From Pristiophorus japonicus (Eukaryota): a stretch of 64,000 bases of DNA. Below are positions 62,689 through 64,000 of this stretch, piece after piece. The notes under the pieces were generated by a model. That model saw only the letters and a list, made by a program, of their open reading frames with translations, was not told where the DNA came from and did no database searches. How positions within the stretch are numbered: position 1 is the stretch's first letter; each line of letters opens with the position of its first letter. The stretch lies in the NCBI RefSeq assembly GCF_044704955.1, contig NC_091980.1, positions 259,966,001-260,030,000 of the forward strand, read 5' to 3'. The position numbers and the translations under genes are program-made.

Positions 62689-64000
62689 AAATTTGATACC
62701 GAGCCACATAAGTAGAAATTAGCGTAGGTGACCAAAAGCTGGGTCAAAGAGGTATGTTTTAAGGAGTGTCTTTTTCTTCCTCATACTTATCGAGTCTCCC
62801 CTTAAATGCATCTATGCTATTCACCTGAACTACTGTGAGGTAGTGTCAGCCGTGGGTCAGTGGGTAGCACTCTTGTCAGGTTATGGGTTCAGGTCCCAAG
62901 CCAGAAACTTGAGTGCAAAAATCTAGACTGACTCACCAGTGCAGTGCTGAGGGAGTGCTGCCCTATTGGAGGTGCTGTCTTTTGGGACCTCCACGCTGCT
63001 CCCGAGGCCGCTCGCTGCACCTTTTATGGCCCTGACCTGCCGCTGATGTTCTCGCGCAGGTTGGGGCCTCCACGCTGCTCCTGAGGCATTCGGGGGTCAT
63101 GAAAGACACTATAAATGCAAGTCTTTCTCAGCAAGTTCCACTTTTAACCACTCTGGGTAATGAAGTTTCACCTGAATTATTAGTGACAATATATTTTTAA
63201 TCCCTAATTTTGGATTCCCCCACAAGCAGAACATTTTCTCTACATCTACCCTATCAAACCCTTATTTAAAGGCCTCTATTAGGTTCCCTCCTCAGTCTGT
63301 TAAGTCTTTGAGAACCCCTCAGTTCTGGTATTATCCTTGTAAATCTTTTGCACCTTATCCAGTGCCTCTATATACAATTTATAATGTGGAGACCAGAACT
63401 GTGCACAGTACTTTTATGTGTGGTCTAACCAAGGTTCTATACAATTTTAGCACAACTTTTCTGCCTTTCAATTTTATTCCACCAGCAATGAACCTTAGTA
63501 TTGTGTTTGCATTTCTATGGCTTTGTTGACCTGTGTTGTCACTTTTAATTAGTGAATCTGTATCCTTTAGAACTTTTTGCTCCTCTACCCCTTTCAGCCT
63601 CTTTCCAAGAAGTATGTGGTCTCATTATTTCTTCTTCCAAAATGCACCATCTCACACTTATCTATATTGAAACTGACGCTCACATTCTGCAAGTTTATTA
63701 ACATCTTGTATTTTGTCACAGTCTTCCTTGGTATTATGTTATGTGCCTTTTGGAAGATTGTGCATATAAACACTTGGTGCTTTCCTCATCATTGAAACAA
63801 TTCTAAGATAATTATATACTCAGACTTTCTAATTTCCACACTATCAGTGGCTTGTCAGTTTTAGCACATCACTCTTATGCTGTAACTGTTGTCACTGACC
63901 GCTGTCATCTAGCACCTATGTTCAGCTCACCATTCCATCCCACCCTACCAGCAGCTGTCTGTTACTGGTGCTCAACTCATTCTGCAACAGTGAAACTCTT

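Overview
Eukaryotic vertebrate genomic DNA, most likely a cartilaginous fish/shark (inferred from the CR1, Tx1, RTE, Deu-type SINE and Penelope-derived repeat content). Three protein-coding genes are present, in the same relative order and orientation as human 14q21.3: intronless MGAT2 (minus, 4454-5758, 434 aa), LRR1 (minus, four coding exons 34862-18862, 422 aa) and RPS29 (plus, three coding exons 57145-59103, 56 aa). Most of the rest is transposon-derived: a near full-length, degraded Tx1/Keno-like L1-clade element carrying a U2 snRNA 5' head, many CR1 LINE copies (several nested), RTE and L2 fragments, tRNA-derived SINEs, two solo LTRs, MITEs, Penelope-derived palindromes with hammerhead-ribozyme-like cores, and G-rich minisatellites. 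The most notable signals are: the U2-headed Keno-like element sitting outside a U2 gene with a second internal U2-like head plus octamer/CCAAT motifs; minimal hammerhead motifs; a possible splice-generated uORF overlapping the LRR1 start codon; an identically spaced inverted CCAAT pair in two promoters; and an unexplained spliced exon chain at the window start. All repeat boundaries are read by eye and are approximate.
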